Shown here in pieces: positions 41,478-51,828 of a stretch of DNA of 64,000 bases. Positions within the stretch are counted from its first letter, which is position 1; every line of letters begins with the position of its first letter. The position numbers and the translations under genes are program-made. Below the pieces are notes generated by a model. It was given only the letters and a program-made list of their open reading frames with translations, did not search any database and was not told the origin of the DNA. Location: positions 448,001 to 512,000 of the forward strand of contig CAWKDB010000010.1 in assembly GCA_963848295.1 (NCBI GenBank). Reading direction: 5' to 3'. This DNA is from an uncultured delta proteobacterium (GTDB lineage: Bacteria > Myxococcota_A > Polyangia > Haliangiales > Haliangiaceae).

Positions 41478-43826
41478 TCAGGAGCCCGCTGGGCGGAACG
41501 TGAAGGGATAGGTGACGGACACGCCGCCGCCGCCCTTCGGCTTCGGGAACTCGATGGCGTGGATGACGTCGGCGACACAGCGCGAGACTTCGGGGTCGAC
41601 GCCGTTCGCCGTCGACGTCGCGACGTTGCCGTTCGGCGTGATGAAGAACTGCGTCGAGACCACGCCGGCGAGCTGCGGCTTCACTTGCAGCTGTTTCTCG
41701 TAGCAGTACGAGAACTCGTTCATGTGGCGCTTGATGTAGCGACGGATGATCGCCTTATCGAGATCGCCCGAAGCGTTCGGCTGACCGATCGACACGGTCG
41801 GAACCGCGGCAGTGCGTCCGCGCATACCGCCGCGACCGCTGCCCGAGCCGTAGCCCGTCCCCGTGCCGTTGCCGTGACCGATGGTGCCGTATCGGCCGGT
41901 GCCGATCGTGCCCCAGCCGGTGCCGCCGCCGCCCGGGCCGAAGCCCGACCGGCCGAAGCCGAAGCCGCCTTGCATCTCGCCCGCTTCGTTGCCGAGCAGA
42001 CCGCCGTAGATGTCGCTGTCGTCCGGGCCGCTCGACGTGTCGCCGGTGCCGGTCAGCGAGGCGAACGAGCCGCCCTGCTGAAGTGCCGCGCTGCCGAGGA
42101 TGCCGGCCGTGCGAGCAGCTTCCATCGCTTGCTGGCGAGCGAGCTGCATCTCTTCGGCCGTCTTCTTCATCTTGTATTGGCCCTCGGCGCGATCCGAGTC
42201 CTTCTTGCCCATCTTGCCTTCGTCGAGCGCCATCGCTTGACCGGTGCCGCCAGACTCGTCGGCACCGTCGTCCGGCTTGTCCTCTTCGGGCGGCGGCGGC
42301 GGATCGTCTTGCGACGCCGCGTTCGTGCGAGTCAACGTGTCTTCGTTCGAGGCCATGTCGAGGCTGCCGCCCGAGTCTTCGACCGGGATCTGCTGGAGCA
42401 GCGCCCAGATGCCGAGGTGGACGGCGAGCGAGCCCGCGAAGTATGCGAGCACGCGGCTCTCGAGTGACGCGAACATCGGCATCACGTGACGGCGCGGCGC
42501 GGGCACCGCCGACACGAGGAACGTCGTCTTACCGACGCGCACGCGGATCTTCGCGTTCATCGGGATCGGCGAGATCGTGGTGCGACCTTGCGATGCGAGC
42601 TCCGCCAAGGTCGTGGTCTGGCCGCCGACGTTCATCTCGCCTTCCATGCCGTGGCCGAACTGGAACGCGAAGTCGTCGCCTTGCGGGTGAACCATCGGGA
42701 AGTCAGCCGCGGGGGCACCCTCGGTCGCGAACTCGACGCCCGGCGCGGTGCCGATGCGAACGAGCGGACTGACCTGCTCCTTGCGGGCGCGCGCGAGGCC
42801 GGCGGTCAGCGTCAGCAACGCGAGCCCGAGGCCGCCGAACGCGATGAAGTCGTAACCGATCGATAGCGGCGTCGGACGGAACGCGTGCGGCGGGCGGACC
42901 GTGCACTTCGGGTCCTTGACCCTGCCGTGGCCATCCGGCGAATCGACCATACAGGTCGTCTCGTAGTCGAACCGCACCTTGTTGTGCGCGGCATTGCCGA
43001 CCGATATCACGAAAGCGATGATCGACGCGACGAGAGCGGCCGAGCCGAACGCGACCAAGCCCCAGGTCATGCCCTGGATCTTGCCGCCGTGCGGATCGAT
43101 GCAGTGCTTCACGCCGACGACCGAGTCGCCGAGCATGGCGGCGACTTCGACCGCGCGCGCACCGCCGAGATCGTCGGCGGATTCGGCCATCGCGGCGGCA
43201 AACCCGGCCGGTGCAGCGGTCGCGGTGCCGTAGATCGCAGCGCCACCGGGCATGCCGGGCGGCGGGCGCAACGCAGCCGGCGCCGCGGCGAATTGCTGTG
43301 GAACCGGCATCGGCGCGGGCGCGGGCGCAAACTGTTGCGGCGGCGGCGCAAACTGTTGCGGCGGTGCAGCCGGCGGGGCCATCGGCCGGGAAGGCGGCCC
43401 GACCGGGATGACCGGTTGGCCCATCGGCCGCGGGCTCGAAGCCACAACACCGGCGGACTCGACCGGCGGTGCCGCTTGAGTCGTCACCCGGGTCGGAGCG
43501 TCGTCTTCTTCGCCAGGTACGCCGATCGCGAGCTCGATCCGAGTCTCACCGACGACGATCGTATCGCCGGTCTGGAGCTTCGCCTTGTTGACCTTCTGGC
43601 CGTTGACGAACGTTCCCTTCGTCGACCCGAGGTCGATGATGCTGACGTCACCAGGTCCATTGACCTCGATGATCGCGTGCATGCGGCTCACGGTCTCGTC
43701 ATCGAGCTTGAGGTGCGCCGATGGCACCTTGCCGAGCTTGATGACAGACAGGCTCAGCCGCTCCTCGCGGACCAGCTGATCGCCTTTGAAAATGCGGAAT
43801 GTGAGCGGAACTTTTGCGCCGGCCAT
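41478..43826 (-). CDS. gltG: Gliding motility protein GltG/PglI-like (FHA + Pro-rich + TM + TonB_C-like)
   Basis: N-terminal FHA; TonB/TolA-type TM GSLAVH; Gly-rich linker; C-terminus IIRRYIKRH...CYE...FPKPKGGG.V.V.YPF.F. Confidence 0.85.
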   Translation of the reverse strand: MAGAKVPLTFRIFKGDQLVREERLSLSVIKLGKVPSAHLKLDDETVSRMHAIIEVNGPGDVSIIDLGSTKGTFVNGQKVNKAKLQTGDTIVVGETRIELAIGVPGEEDDAPTRVTTQAAPPVESAGVVASSPRPMGQPVIPVGPPSRPMAPPAAPPQQFAPPPQQFAPAPAPMPVPQQFAAAPAALRPPPGMPGGAAIYGTATAAPAGFAAAMAESADDLGGARAVEVAAMLGDSVVGVKHCIDPHGGKIQGMTWGLVAFGSAALVASIIAFVISVGNAAHNKVRFDYETTCMVDSPDGHGRVKDPKCTVRPPHAFRPTPLSIGYDFIAFGGLGLALLTLTAGLARARKEQVSPLVRIGTAPGVEFATEGAPAADFPMVHPQGDDFAFQFGHGMEGEMNVGGQTTTLAELASQGRTTISPIPMNAKIRVRVGKTTFLVSAVPAPRRHVMPMFASLESRVLAYFAGSLAVHLGIWALLQQIPVEDSGGSLDMASNEDTLTRTNAASQDDPPPPPEEDKPDDGADESGGTGQAMALDEGKMGKKDSDRAEGQYKMKKTAEEMQLARQQAMEAARTAGILGSAALQQGGSFASLTGTGDTSSGPDDSDIYGGLLGNEAGEMQGGFGFGRSGFGPGGGGTGWGTIGTGRYGTIGHGNGTGTGYGSGSGRGGMRGRTAAVPTVSIGQPNASGDLDKAIIRRYIKRHMNEFSYCYEKQLQVKPQLAGVVSTQFFITPNGNVATSTANGVDPEVSRCVADVIHAIEFPKPKGGGGVSVTYPFTFRPAGS

Positions 43827-43898
43827 ATCGATCTCCTTACAGGAGCTACTTCACTGGCCGGGAGGTAGCGAACGCGACGCCGACTTGGCGCCGCCTCG

Positions 43899-44186
43899 CT
43901 ACAAGTCCTCGGCCGACTTGATGATCTCGGAAATGAAATTCGTGCGGATACGGATGAGGCTCGAGTGCTTCGCGAACTGAGTTGCGTCGATCGTCGAGCC
44001 CTCGGGTTTGACCAGATCGCCTTCGATCGTGTCGCCGGAGAAGTCGTAGACCTTCACCTTGCCGTTGCCGCCGCCCGATGCCGCCGGAGGAGCGGCGCCA
44101 CCCTTCTTGTCGTCGGCGGACGCCGTACCGACGCTGACAATAGCCAAGAGTGCGAGCACCGACACGAACGATACGAGCTTGCGCAT
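43899..44186 (-). CDS. gltF: Gliding motility protein GltF/CglF-like
   Basis: Signal peptide followed by YDFSGDTIEGDLVKPEG...HSSLIRIRTNF..EIIKS; lies between gltE and gltG. Confidence 0.82.
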   Translation of the reverse strand: MRKLVSFVSVLALLAIVSVGTASADDKKGGAAPPAASGGGNGKVKVYDFSGDTIEGDLVKPEGSTIDATQFAKHSSLIRIRTNFISEIIKSAEDL

Positions 44187-44343
44187 GGTCATCCCTTTGC
44201 TGACCTCGGGGCGAAGCTCGGTTGACACGAGGCTTCCGACACCGGGGTCATGACTTGGTTCCAGGATTCTTTCCAAAAAGTTCCGCAGTTGCCAGACACG
44301 TTTTCCGGGGCGGAGTTGCGAGCTCGCGCCCCGGTGATTTCAA

Positions 44344-45825
44344 CTACTTGTGAGGCTGGGCTACTGGCGCTCCAGCCGCCGCGGGCGCTCCAGCCGCCGC
44401 GGGTGATCCCGCCGGCGCGGCACCTGCCGGGGGAGCTGCCGGCGCAGCACCCGCCGGGGGGGCCGGCGGAGTCGGCGCCGGCGGAGGCTGAGCCGGCTGG
44501 CTCTGGATGTTCTTGATCGCTTCATCCATCTGCTTGATGACCTTGTCGCAGTCCGCGATGTTGTTCTTCGCCTCGGCCTTGTCCGCGGCGTCGCCGTCCT
44601 TGTCGAGGAACTGCTTGAAGAAGTCCGATGCCTGGCGATAGATGCCCTGCGAAGTCCGCAGGCCCTTCACCGGATCCGGGTCGTTGACCTTGGTCGCGCG
44701 GAACGCCTTGTACAGCACGCCCAGGTTGTAGAACGCCTCGCCGCGCCGGCCATCGATGTCCTTGGCCTTCTTGAAGCTCGCCTCGGCGCCGTCGAAGTCA
44801 TTGAGGCCACGCTGCGCGACTCCGAGGCCGATCAACGCGTCGTAGTTCTTCGGCTGGAGCTCGAGCACCTTCGAGAAGTTGTCCTTCGCGACGTCGTACT
44901 TGCGGAACCCGAGCACGGTCTCGCCGACGTTCATCCGCGCTTCGACGAACTTCGGATCGGACTCGACCGCCGCCGAGAAGTGCGGACAGCGCCTCGTTGA
45001 GCGAGCCGCGGTGCATGATAGTAGAGGCCGTACGCGTTTTGCAACGCCGCATACTTCGCGTTGCGCTTCTGCGCTTCGTCGAGCAACAGCTTCGCGAGGT
45101 CGAGCCGGTTCTTGTTCTGCTGCCAGCCCTCCAGGTAGAGCAAGCCGTAGTCGGTGTAGGCCTCGACGCTCTCGCTGTCGACGCCGAGCGCGCTCGACAG
45201 CTGGAACTTCACGTCGTCTTGCAGCTTCTGCCAGTTCGCGTCCTTCGGGTTGTTGATCTTGCGCATCTGCTCGATCTCGAGCGACGCGGTGTTGACGCGC
45301 GCGCCGACGAGCTTGCCGTTCGCCTTGATCGCGGTGTCCCAGTACTGCTTGGCGCCGTCGATCTTGCCCTGGTGATAATAGATGTCACCGAGGTCCGAGG
45401 TCGCGCCGGCGATCTTCGCGGCGTCGGCCTTCATGTGGATCGCGACCTGCAACGCCTTCTCGGCGTCGCCGTACATGTTGCAGCTTGAGGTACGACCGCG
45501 CGGAGTTGAGCTGCGCTTCGATCAGGTCGCTGTGATCGTGCGCGATCGAGGCGAACTTGTCGGCGAGCGAGCGACACGACTGGTCGGTCCAGCCGTTCTT
45601 CGTGTCGTTGTCGAGGAACATGTCGTACGCGGCCTTGAAGTCGGTGCGCGCATCCTTGGAGATGGCGCGCGGCGCCGCCTTCACGGTCGCTTCGCCGCCG
45701 GTCGGAGCCGACGGAGGTGGCGGGACGTGACCGCCACTCGAGCCGCCGTTATTGACGGACTTCTGCCCACCGCCGCAAGCGGCGACCGCGAGCCCGAACA
45801 CCATTGTTGAAATGAGGTTACGCAT
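44344..45825 (-). CDS. gltE: Gliding motility TPR lipoprotein GltE/AglT-like; three +1 frameshifts (~45483, ~45018, ~44985)
   Basis: Lipobox VAA-CGG; TPR repeats continue across the frame changes; EAFYNLGVLY; Pro/Ala tail; position between gltD and gltF. Confidence 0.78.
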
Positions 45826-45836
45826 GGTCGCTCCTC

Positions 45837-48800
45837 TTACTCGAGCTTCGCGGGGGGTTCGGCCGAGATCACGGGTGCGACGCCGTTCGGGTCACCGTGC
45901 AGCTCGGACGCGGTGGGGAATTGCTCGGGCTTGATCTGGCCGAGCTCGCGTTCACACAGCTTCGACCAGTCGCTGAACCAACCGAGCTCGGTCGAGCGCT
46001 GGAGACAGAAGCCGTACTTGTCCAGGGATGCATCCTCGAGCGGCTGCGCCTTGTCGGTCAGCGCATCGCAGAACGCCGCCGACGCGTCCTCTGCGAACTC
46101 GCCGGTGCGCACGTTGGCCGGGATCTCTGCGGTGAACAGCTGATCGGAGAACTCCTGCGTGATCTGGCCGAGCCGCGCCGCGGCCTCGATCGAGTTCGCC
46201 GGATCGTGGATATCGAGCACCTTGGAGTACTTGTCCGCGGCGGCCTGCGCGAGCTTCTGCTTCGCGGTGAACCAGTCGCCGAACCGCTTGGTGCTCTTCG
46301 CGGCGATCGCCTTCTTGTTCGGATCGAAGTTCAGGCCGGTCGGGAACTTCGAGTCGAGATACTTCTCGAAGTCAGCGTCGGCCTCGAGGTTCTTGACCTG
46401 CGCGTAGTAGTACTTCGACGAGTGATCGCCGGCGTCGCTGCCGGTCTTGCCCTGGTGCTTCTCGTACTCGCCGGTGACCGCCCTGAACTCGGCCTGGGCG
46501 TCGCGGACCTTGCGATCGTCGCGCTTGACGACGGTGAGCTTGATCTTCGACTCCGGGCCGCACTGCAGCGGGATCTCGGCGCCCTTCCTGTGCTTCTGCT
46601 TCCTCGTCGCGATCGCGCGCTCGCGGGTGACCTTGACGCACGAGCCGTCGACGAGCTTCACCGGGCACGATTGGTTCCACAGGATCGTGCCGATCTTCGC
46701 GTGCGCGGTGATCACGCGATCGATCCCGCCCTTCTCGCCGTAGTTGTGCAGGTACTCGCGCAGGTGCTTGATCACCGCGTCGTTGTCGCCTTGCTTCTCG
46801 TAGATCGAGGTCAGCGCGAAGCTCGCGGTCGCCGCATCGCCCGGGTTCTTCGCACCGAACGTCCTGATGAAGTACTTCGTGTCGTCAATCGCCTTCTGGT
46901 CGTTGCCGATGCCCTTCTGGAAGAACACCGCCTCGCCCATCAGCTTGGCGGCGTCACTTTCGGCGGCGTAGTTCTTCGCGTAGATCTCGTCCTGCTCCGA
47001 CGCGCGGTCGTAGAACGCGATGTCACCGTAGACCTTGCCGAGCCGGCCGACCGCGTGCGCGGTCTGCTTCGACTTCGGGTATTCCTTCTGCAGCCGGTTG
47101 TACATGTTGATCGCGGCGCCGATCGACTTGCCCTCTTCGAAGCAAACGCCCGCGTTGTAGAGGATGACGTCGTTGCCCTTGTCTTCCGGGTTGCGGTTGT
47201 AGATATCGAGGTACGCCTGGCCGCACGCGACGTACTGCGAGAAGTCCTTCGAGTCTTTCGCGGCCTGCTCGAGGTGCTCGGCGCGCTTCGCGAGCGACTG
47301 GGCCTTCAAGGTCTCGATCGTCGCCTTCAGGGTGTCCTTGCCCTCGAGGAACTTCTTGTCGGCGTCGAGCTTGTCGGCGAGCGCGAGCATGTCGTCGTAC
47401 TTGTGCAGCCGGTTATAGGTATCGAGCAGCAGCTGCGCCGAGTACTCCGCGGTCTCGTGATCGCGATGGTGATCGAGGATGTCCAGGAACAGCGGGATCG
47501 CCTCGTCGAAGTGATTGAAACGGCGGTAGAGGTTCGCCTTGAGGAACTTCATCCCGACGAGCTCGTCGTCCTTCGGGTCCTTGATGTACTTGATATAGAT
47601 GTCGAACGCCGCGAGCATCTTCTGGTCGCGCTCGGGGATCGGCTTCGGTTGCGGGATGGTCTTGTAATCGGTGTCGGCCTTCGCGTCCTCGAGGTCCGCC
47701 TGCTGCTTCACCCGCGGGTCGACGTTGAGCGCGTTCTTCCAGCCGAGCACTGCGGCGTACGCCGACTCCTTCATCAGCTTGTCGCCGACCTTGCCGGTCT
47801 TGACGACATCGGTGAACTCGGTCGCGGCGTTCTCCCACAGCTCGGTCTGGAGCCGCGGGTTCTTCTCGTTGTCCGCGCGCGACCACAGCAGCTCCGCATA
47901 GAAGTACTGGGTCTGCGCGTAGTCCTCGGCGTCCGGGAACACCTCGAGGTACACCTTGTAGAGCTTCTCGGCGTACGCGAGCGTCTCGGGGTTCTTCGTC
48001 TTCGCCGACTCGGAGTGATACGCGCGGGCGAGCTCGCCCGACATCGCCGCGGCGTTGTCGTGGCACTCCTGCGCGTCGGCGGGCGGCAGCACCTTCCTGG
48101 GCTTCAGCGCGCCCCACAGCTTAACGAGGTTCTCGATCTCGGCGACCTTGTCGCTGTTGGTCGAGCCCGGCATCGACATCATCGCGCGCGCGACGTTGTC
48201 CTGCCACAAGCACACGTTCTTGTTGGTCGGCTCCTGCTTCATCAGCTCGCGGAACACGTAGATCGCTTTGTCGCTCTTACCTTGGTCGAGGTAGAGGTCG
48301 GCGAGGATCGCGAGCATGCTGAGCGCGTACTTCTGATCGACGCGCTTGAACGCGTTGAGCGCCTGGTCCGCTTTGCCGACCTCTGCGTAGGCTCGGACGA
48401 AGTCCTTCTTCGCGGCGGCGTTGAGCATCTTGTTCTTCGGATCGTTCGCGGTGTTCTGCGCGACCTTGAAGAACGTCTCGAGCGCGTCCTGATACTTCTG
48501 CAAGTTCAGGTCGACCCAGCCGAGCTTGTAGTACGCGTACCAGTAGGCCTGCGACTTCGGAAACTTGAGGACCATCTTGTAGCGGGCCTCGGCGTCGGCC
48601 AGCTGGTTCTGCTCGAAGAAATAATCGGCGAACGCGAGGTGCGCTTCGGGCACGTACTTCGACTGCGGATAGTTCTTCAGCAGCTGGTCGTAGACGTTGC
48701 GCGCTTCCTTCATGTACTTCGCGCTGGTCAGCGTGTAGCCGTAATAGAACAGCGCCATGTCCATCTTGGCGTAGTTCTTCAGTCGGTCGTTGCTGGTCAG

Positions 48801-49298
48801 GGCCTGGTAGACCCTGACCGCCTTCAACATGTAGTCCTTGGCCTTCTTGGTCGCGTCGTTGAACGACGCGGTGTACTTCGCCTTGTCCGCCGGCAGTCGC
48901 GCCTTGTCGACCATCAGCTGAGCCTCGGCGGAGCGCAGGCGGTAGTAGCGCTGCTGCTTCGCGTAGAGCTCACCGAGCCGGAAGTAGAGATCGGCTTTCT
49001 CGTCGACGTCGTTATCCGACGTCTGCTTGATCAGCTCGATGAAGCCCTGCTCCTCTTCGATGCGAATGTCGCCGACCAAGCCTTCGACGTTGAGCACCTG
49101 GTCAGCAGAGAGCGTCGGCTGGGTTTCGGCCGGATCCTTCGCCTTGGGTTGGATCGGCCTACTCCGCTCCGACAGGTTGACGTTGATCTTCACGTCTTGG
49201 TTACGCGTGTACTTCGGCTTCGTGTCGGCCTGCGCTAGCGGCGCAGCAGCGGCTGCGGCGACCAATGCGGCCATGGTGGTGAGCTTCCACTTAGACAT
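45837..49298 (-). CDS. gltD: Gliding motility TPR protein GltD/AgmU-like
   Basis: Signal peptide; 1153 aa of TPR repeats; C-terminal FCDAL...C...W+..C motif; position upstream of gltE. Confidence 0.82.
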   Translation of the reverse strand: MSKWKLTTMAALVAAAAAAPLAQADTKPKYTRNQDVKINVNLSERSRPIQPKAKDPAETQPTLSADQVLNVEGLVGDIRIEEEQGFIELIKQTSDNDVDEKADLYFRLGELYAKQQRYYRLRSAEAQLMVDKARLPADKAKYTASFNDATKKAKDYMLKAVRVYQALTSNDRLKNYAKMDMALFYYGYTLTSAKYMKEARNVYDQLLKNYPQSKYVPEAHLAFADYFFEQNQLADAEARYKMVLKFPKSQAYWYAYYKLGWVDLNLQKYQDALETFFKVAQNTANDPKNKMLNAAAKKDFVRAYAEVGKADQALNAFKRVDQKYALSMLAILADLYLDQGKSDKAIYVFRELMKQEPTNKNVCLWQDNVARAMMSMPGSTNSDKVAEIENLVKLWGALKPRKVLPPADAQECHDNAAAMSGELARAYHSESAKTKNPETLAYAEKLYKVYLEVFPDAEDYAQTQYFYAELLWSRADNEKNPRLQTELWENAATEFTDVVKTGKVGDKLMKESAYAAVLGWKNALNVDPRVKQQADLEDAKADTDYKTIPQPKPIPERDQKMLAAFDIYIKYIKDPKDDELVGMKFLKANLYRRFNHFDEAIPLFLDILDHHRDHETAEYSAQLLLDTYNRLHKYDDMLALADKLDADKKFLEGKDTLKATIETLKAQSLAKRAEHLEQAAKDSKDFSQYVACGQAYLDIYNRNPEDKGNDVILYNAGVCFEEGKSIGAAINMYNRLQKEYPKSKQTAHAVGRLGKVYGDIAFYDRASEQDEIYAKNYAAESDAAKLMGEAVFFQKGIGNDQKAIDDTKYFIRTFGAKNPGDAATASFALTSIYEKQGDNDAVIKHLREYLHNYGEKGGIDRVITAHAKIGTILWNQSCPVKLVDGSCVKVTRERAIATRKQKHRKGAEIPLQCGPESKIKLTVVKRDDRKVRDAQAEFRAVTGEYEKHQGKTGSDAGDHSSKYYYAQVKNLEADADFEKYLDSKFPTGLNFDPNKKAIAAKSTKRFGDWFTAKQKLAQAAADKYSKVLDIHDPANSIEAAARLGQITQEFSDQLFTAEIPANVRTGEFAEDASAAFCDALTDKAQPLEDASLDKYGFCLQRSTELGWFSDWSKLCERELGQIKPEQFPTASELHGDPNGVAPVISAEPPAKLE

Positions 49299-49490
49299 GA
49301 CAGTTCCCTTCTCTTCTTCCGGCGGGACTAGAACACGACTTGGGCAAGGCGCGGGCGACGCGACGTCTGGTTCCGCCGCTGCCGGCCAGCGAACGCAAAA
49401 ATCCCGTTCCCCAAATGAATGGAGCCAGGTTCTTGTGGGTTCGATTAGCCGTCATCGTCGGGTGGGCGAGGCGATGCGCCGGCTAAGACG

Positions 49491-51105
49491 CTATTGTTTT
49501 GGACAGCGGGACCGGATCTTGAACCGGTAATAGCCCAGCTCGTCCTTCCAGTACTCGCCATTAAACTTCCACTGAAAGTGTTCGTCGTCAACGACAATCG
49601 GTTCTTCGCGGTGGTCGGCGGCGATGCGCTGACCCGCTTGCTCGGCTGAGACCTTGTCGGCCTTCGCGTTCAAGATCTCGAGCTTGATGCGCAAACCGTC
49701 GCCGTTGAGGCGAGCGAGCTCCTTGGCGAACCGGTCGAGGCGATCGCGAGCGACCTTGCCGGCATCGGCCGCGGCGACCGACTGCTGAACCGTCAGCTCC
49801 TGCAGCACTTCGTTCGCGACCTGCGTGGTCTGCCACGCCTTGTCGCTCTTGCCGAGCATGTCGAGCTCGTGGTTGAGCTCGTCGACCCACGCGAACGTCT
49901 TCAGCAGCGTCTTGTCGTTGAGCTGGCTCATGACGAGGCGCTGCGCCGTCGGATCGAGGCCGCCTTTGCCCGCCTTGACCTTCTTGACGTACTCGTAGAA
50001 CTCCGCGTTGTCGTTGGTCTTCGCGATGATGTCGGTCAGCGTGGTCTTGAGCGGGCCGTACTTCTCGTTGAAGTCGGCGATCGCTTCCTCGGCCTGATCG
50101 TAGAGGCAGTACTTGAAGTAGATGACCGCGCGGAGCAGCACGGCCTCCGGGTAGAAGTCGTTCTCGAAGTACGGCGCGCTCAGCGTGTGAATATTGCCGA
50201 GCGCCTTCGAGTTGAGCGTCTTCATGTAGTACGCCCACGACGCCTCGAACAGCGACTCGGCCCAGTCGGCCGAGTTCTGATCGAGTCTTCTCGAAGTACT
50301 TGATCGACGTGTCGAACTGCTGCGTCGAGTAGAACACGCGGGCCATCTGCAGCTGCGCGAGCTCTTGATAGTCCGCGATATCGGCGGCCGCGTACGCCTT
50401 CGGGTGCTCCTCGCCGATGACCAAGATGTCCTTGAACGCGTCGACCGCGGGCTTGCCTTCGTACTTGCGGACGTGGGTGACGCCCTCGAAGAACTTCGCC
50501 TTGATGTAGAACGGGCTGTTGCGATCGACTTGCTGGAACAGCGAGATCGCCTTGTCGAAGTCGCCGTCGCCGCCGTGGCGATAGAAGTGGCGGCCGAGCA
50601 AGAACAGCAGCTCGTCCTTGACCGACGCGAGCTGCGGGTCATTGAGCGCCGAAGGATCGTACGTGCCGATCTTCTCGAGGATGCCCGAGGTCTCGGGCAA
50701 CACGCGCGACAGCGCCGCGAGCCACTTGAGCGCGGCGCCGTGATAGGCGTGCTGGTCGCCGGCCTGGACGATCTTGTCGAAGTACGCGAGCGAGCCGGCG
50801 TAGAACCCCATCTGATAGAGCGTCTTGCCCATGAAGAACTCGGCGCGCTGCTTGTTCTTCGCGTCGTCGCCGCTCTCGCCGTCGAGCACCTTCTTCAGCT
50901 CGATCGAGGCCGAGAAGAAGTCGTGCTTGTCGTACAGCTTGATCGCGCGCTCCAGCGTCTTGGACGGCGGCGTCGAGACGCCGGGCTCGTCGGTATCGCT
51001 GACCGCCGCCTTGCCTTTGCCGGCGGACCCGCCTCCACCGGCAGACGCGACGCTGGCGCCGATGACTAAAGCGACCGCGAATGTCAGATAGGAAAGCAAA
51101 CGCAT
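49491..51105 (-). CDS. gltC: Gliding motility TPR protein GltC-like; one +1 frameshift (~50286)
   Basis: SLFEASWAYY...ALGNIHTL.APYF; C-terminus DDEHFQWKFNGEYWKDELGYYRFKI...C. Confidence 0.82.
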
Positions 51106-51318
51106 CAGGCTCCTCCGGTCCCGCATCCCGACGGATGGGCGAGCGAATCATCGGCGTGGCGATGTTGCATTGTCAAGCGAGCGGCCGCATGCGATCCGCT
51201 CGGGGCAGACACCACCAGCCCTAGCCGGTTGCAGGGCCACCTGATCACAATGACCTCGCGAGTTTGTTAGAGGTCGGCGTCTTGACTTGGCCGGGGCCCT
51301 CTTTGATTATCCGAGGCC

Positions 51319-51810
51319 ATGATCGTCAGCCGTCACATCGCGTTTCTTGCGGGCGTCGTGCTCGCGGTCGGCTGCAACGGCACGCCCGTCGGCCGGATCT
51401 GCGACCTCGGTAGCAACATGCCCGAGCCGGGCTCGACGATCATCGCGTCGCCCTCGCTCGACTGCGTGTCGCGCGCCTGCTTGGAGATCCCGCTGGGTCG
51501 CGCGCTGCCGACCGGCAGCATGTACCCGCAGGGCAACAATGGCCTATGCACGGCCGAGTGCGAGAGCGACGACGATTGCGACCGCGTCCCCGAGTCGCCG
51601 TGCGTCACCGGCTTCACGTGCGGCATCGCGATCAGCGCGCCGGGCCCGTTCTGCTGCCAGAAGTTCTGCATCTGTAAGGACTACGTGGTCGTGCCGGATA
51701 CCGGCGAGATCCCGCCGCCCGCCGCGTGCGATGCGACGAACCCGGACAACACCTGCTGCAATCTCGCGGGGCGCAACGACAACGCGATGTACCCGCTCTG
51801 CAAGACTTAG
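51319..51810 (+). CDS. gltK: Cys-rich gliding lipoprotein GltK/CglC-like
   Basis: Lipobox AVG-C; PVGRICDL, DCVSRACL, CTAEC, GPFCCQKFCICKD; divergent from gltC; TTGACT-N17-GATTAT upstream. Confidence 0.72.
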   Translation: MIVSRHIAFLAGVVLAVGCNGTPVGRICDLGSNMPEPGSTIIASPSLDCVSRACLEIPLGRALPTGSMYPQGNNGLCTAECESDDDCDRVPESPCVTGFTCGIAISAPGPFCCQKFCICKDYVVVPDTGEIPPPAACDATNPDNTCCNLAGRNDNAMYPLCKT

Positions 51811-51828
51811 CGAAGCGCGTCGGTATCG

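Noticed and set aside
43325..44402. Short direct repeats in gltG and at the 3' end of gltE
   Set aside because: Encode Pro/Gln/Ala low-complexity linkers.
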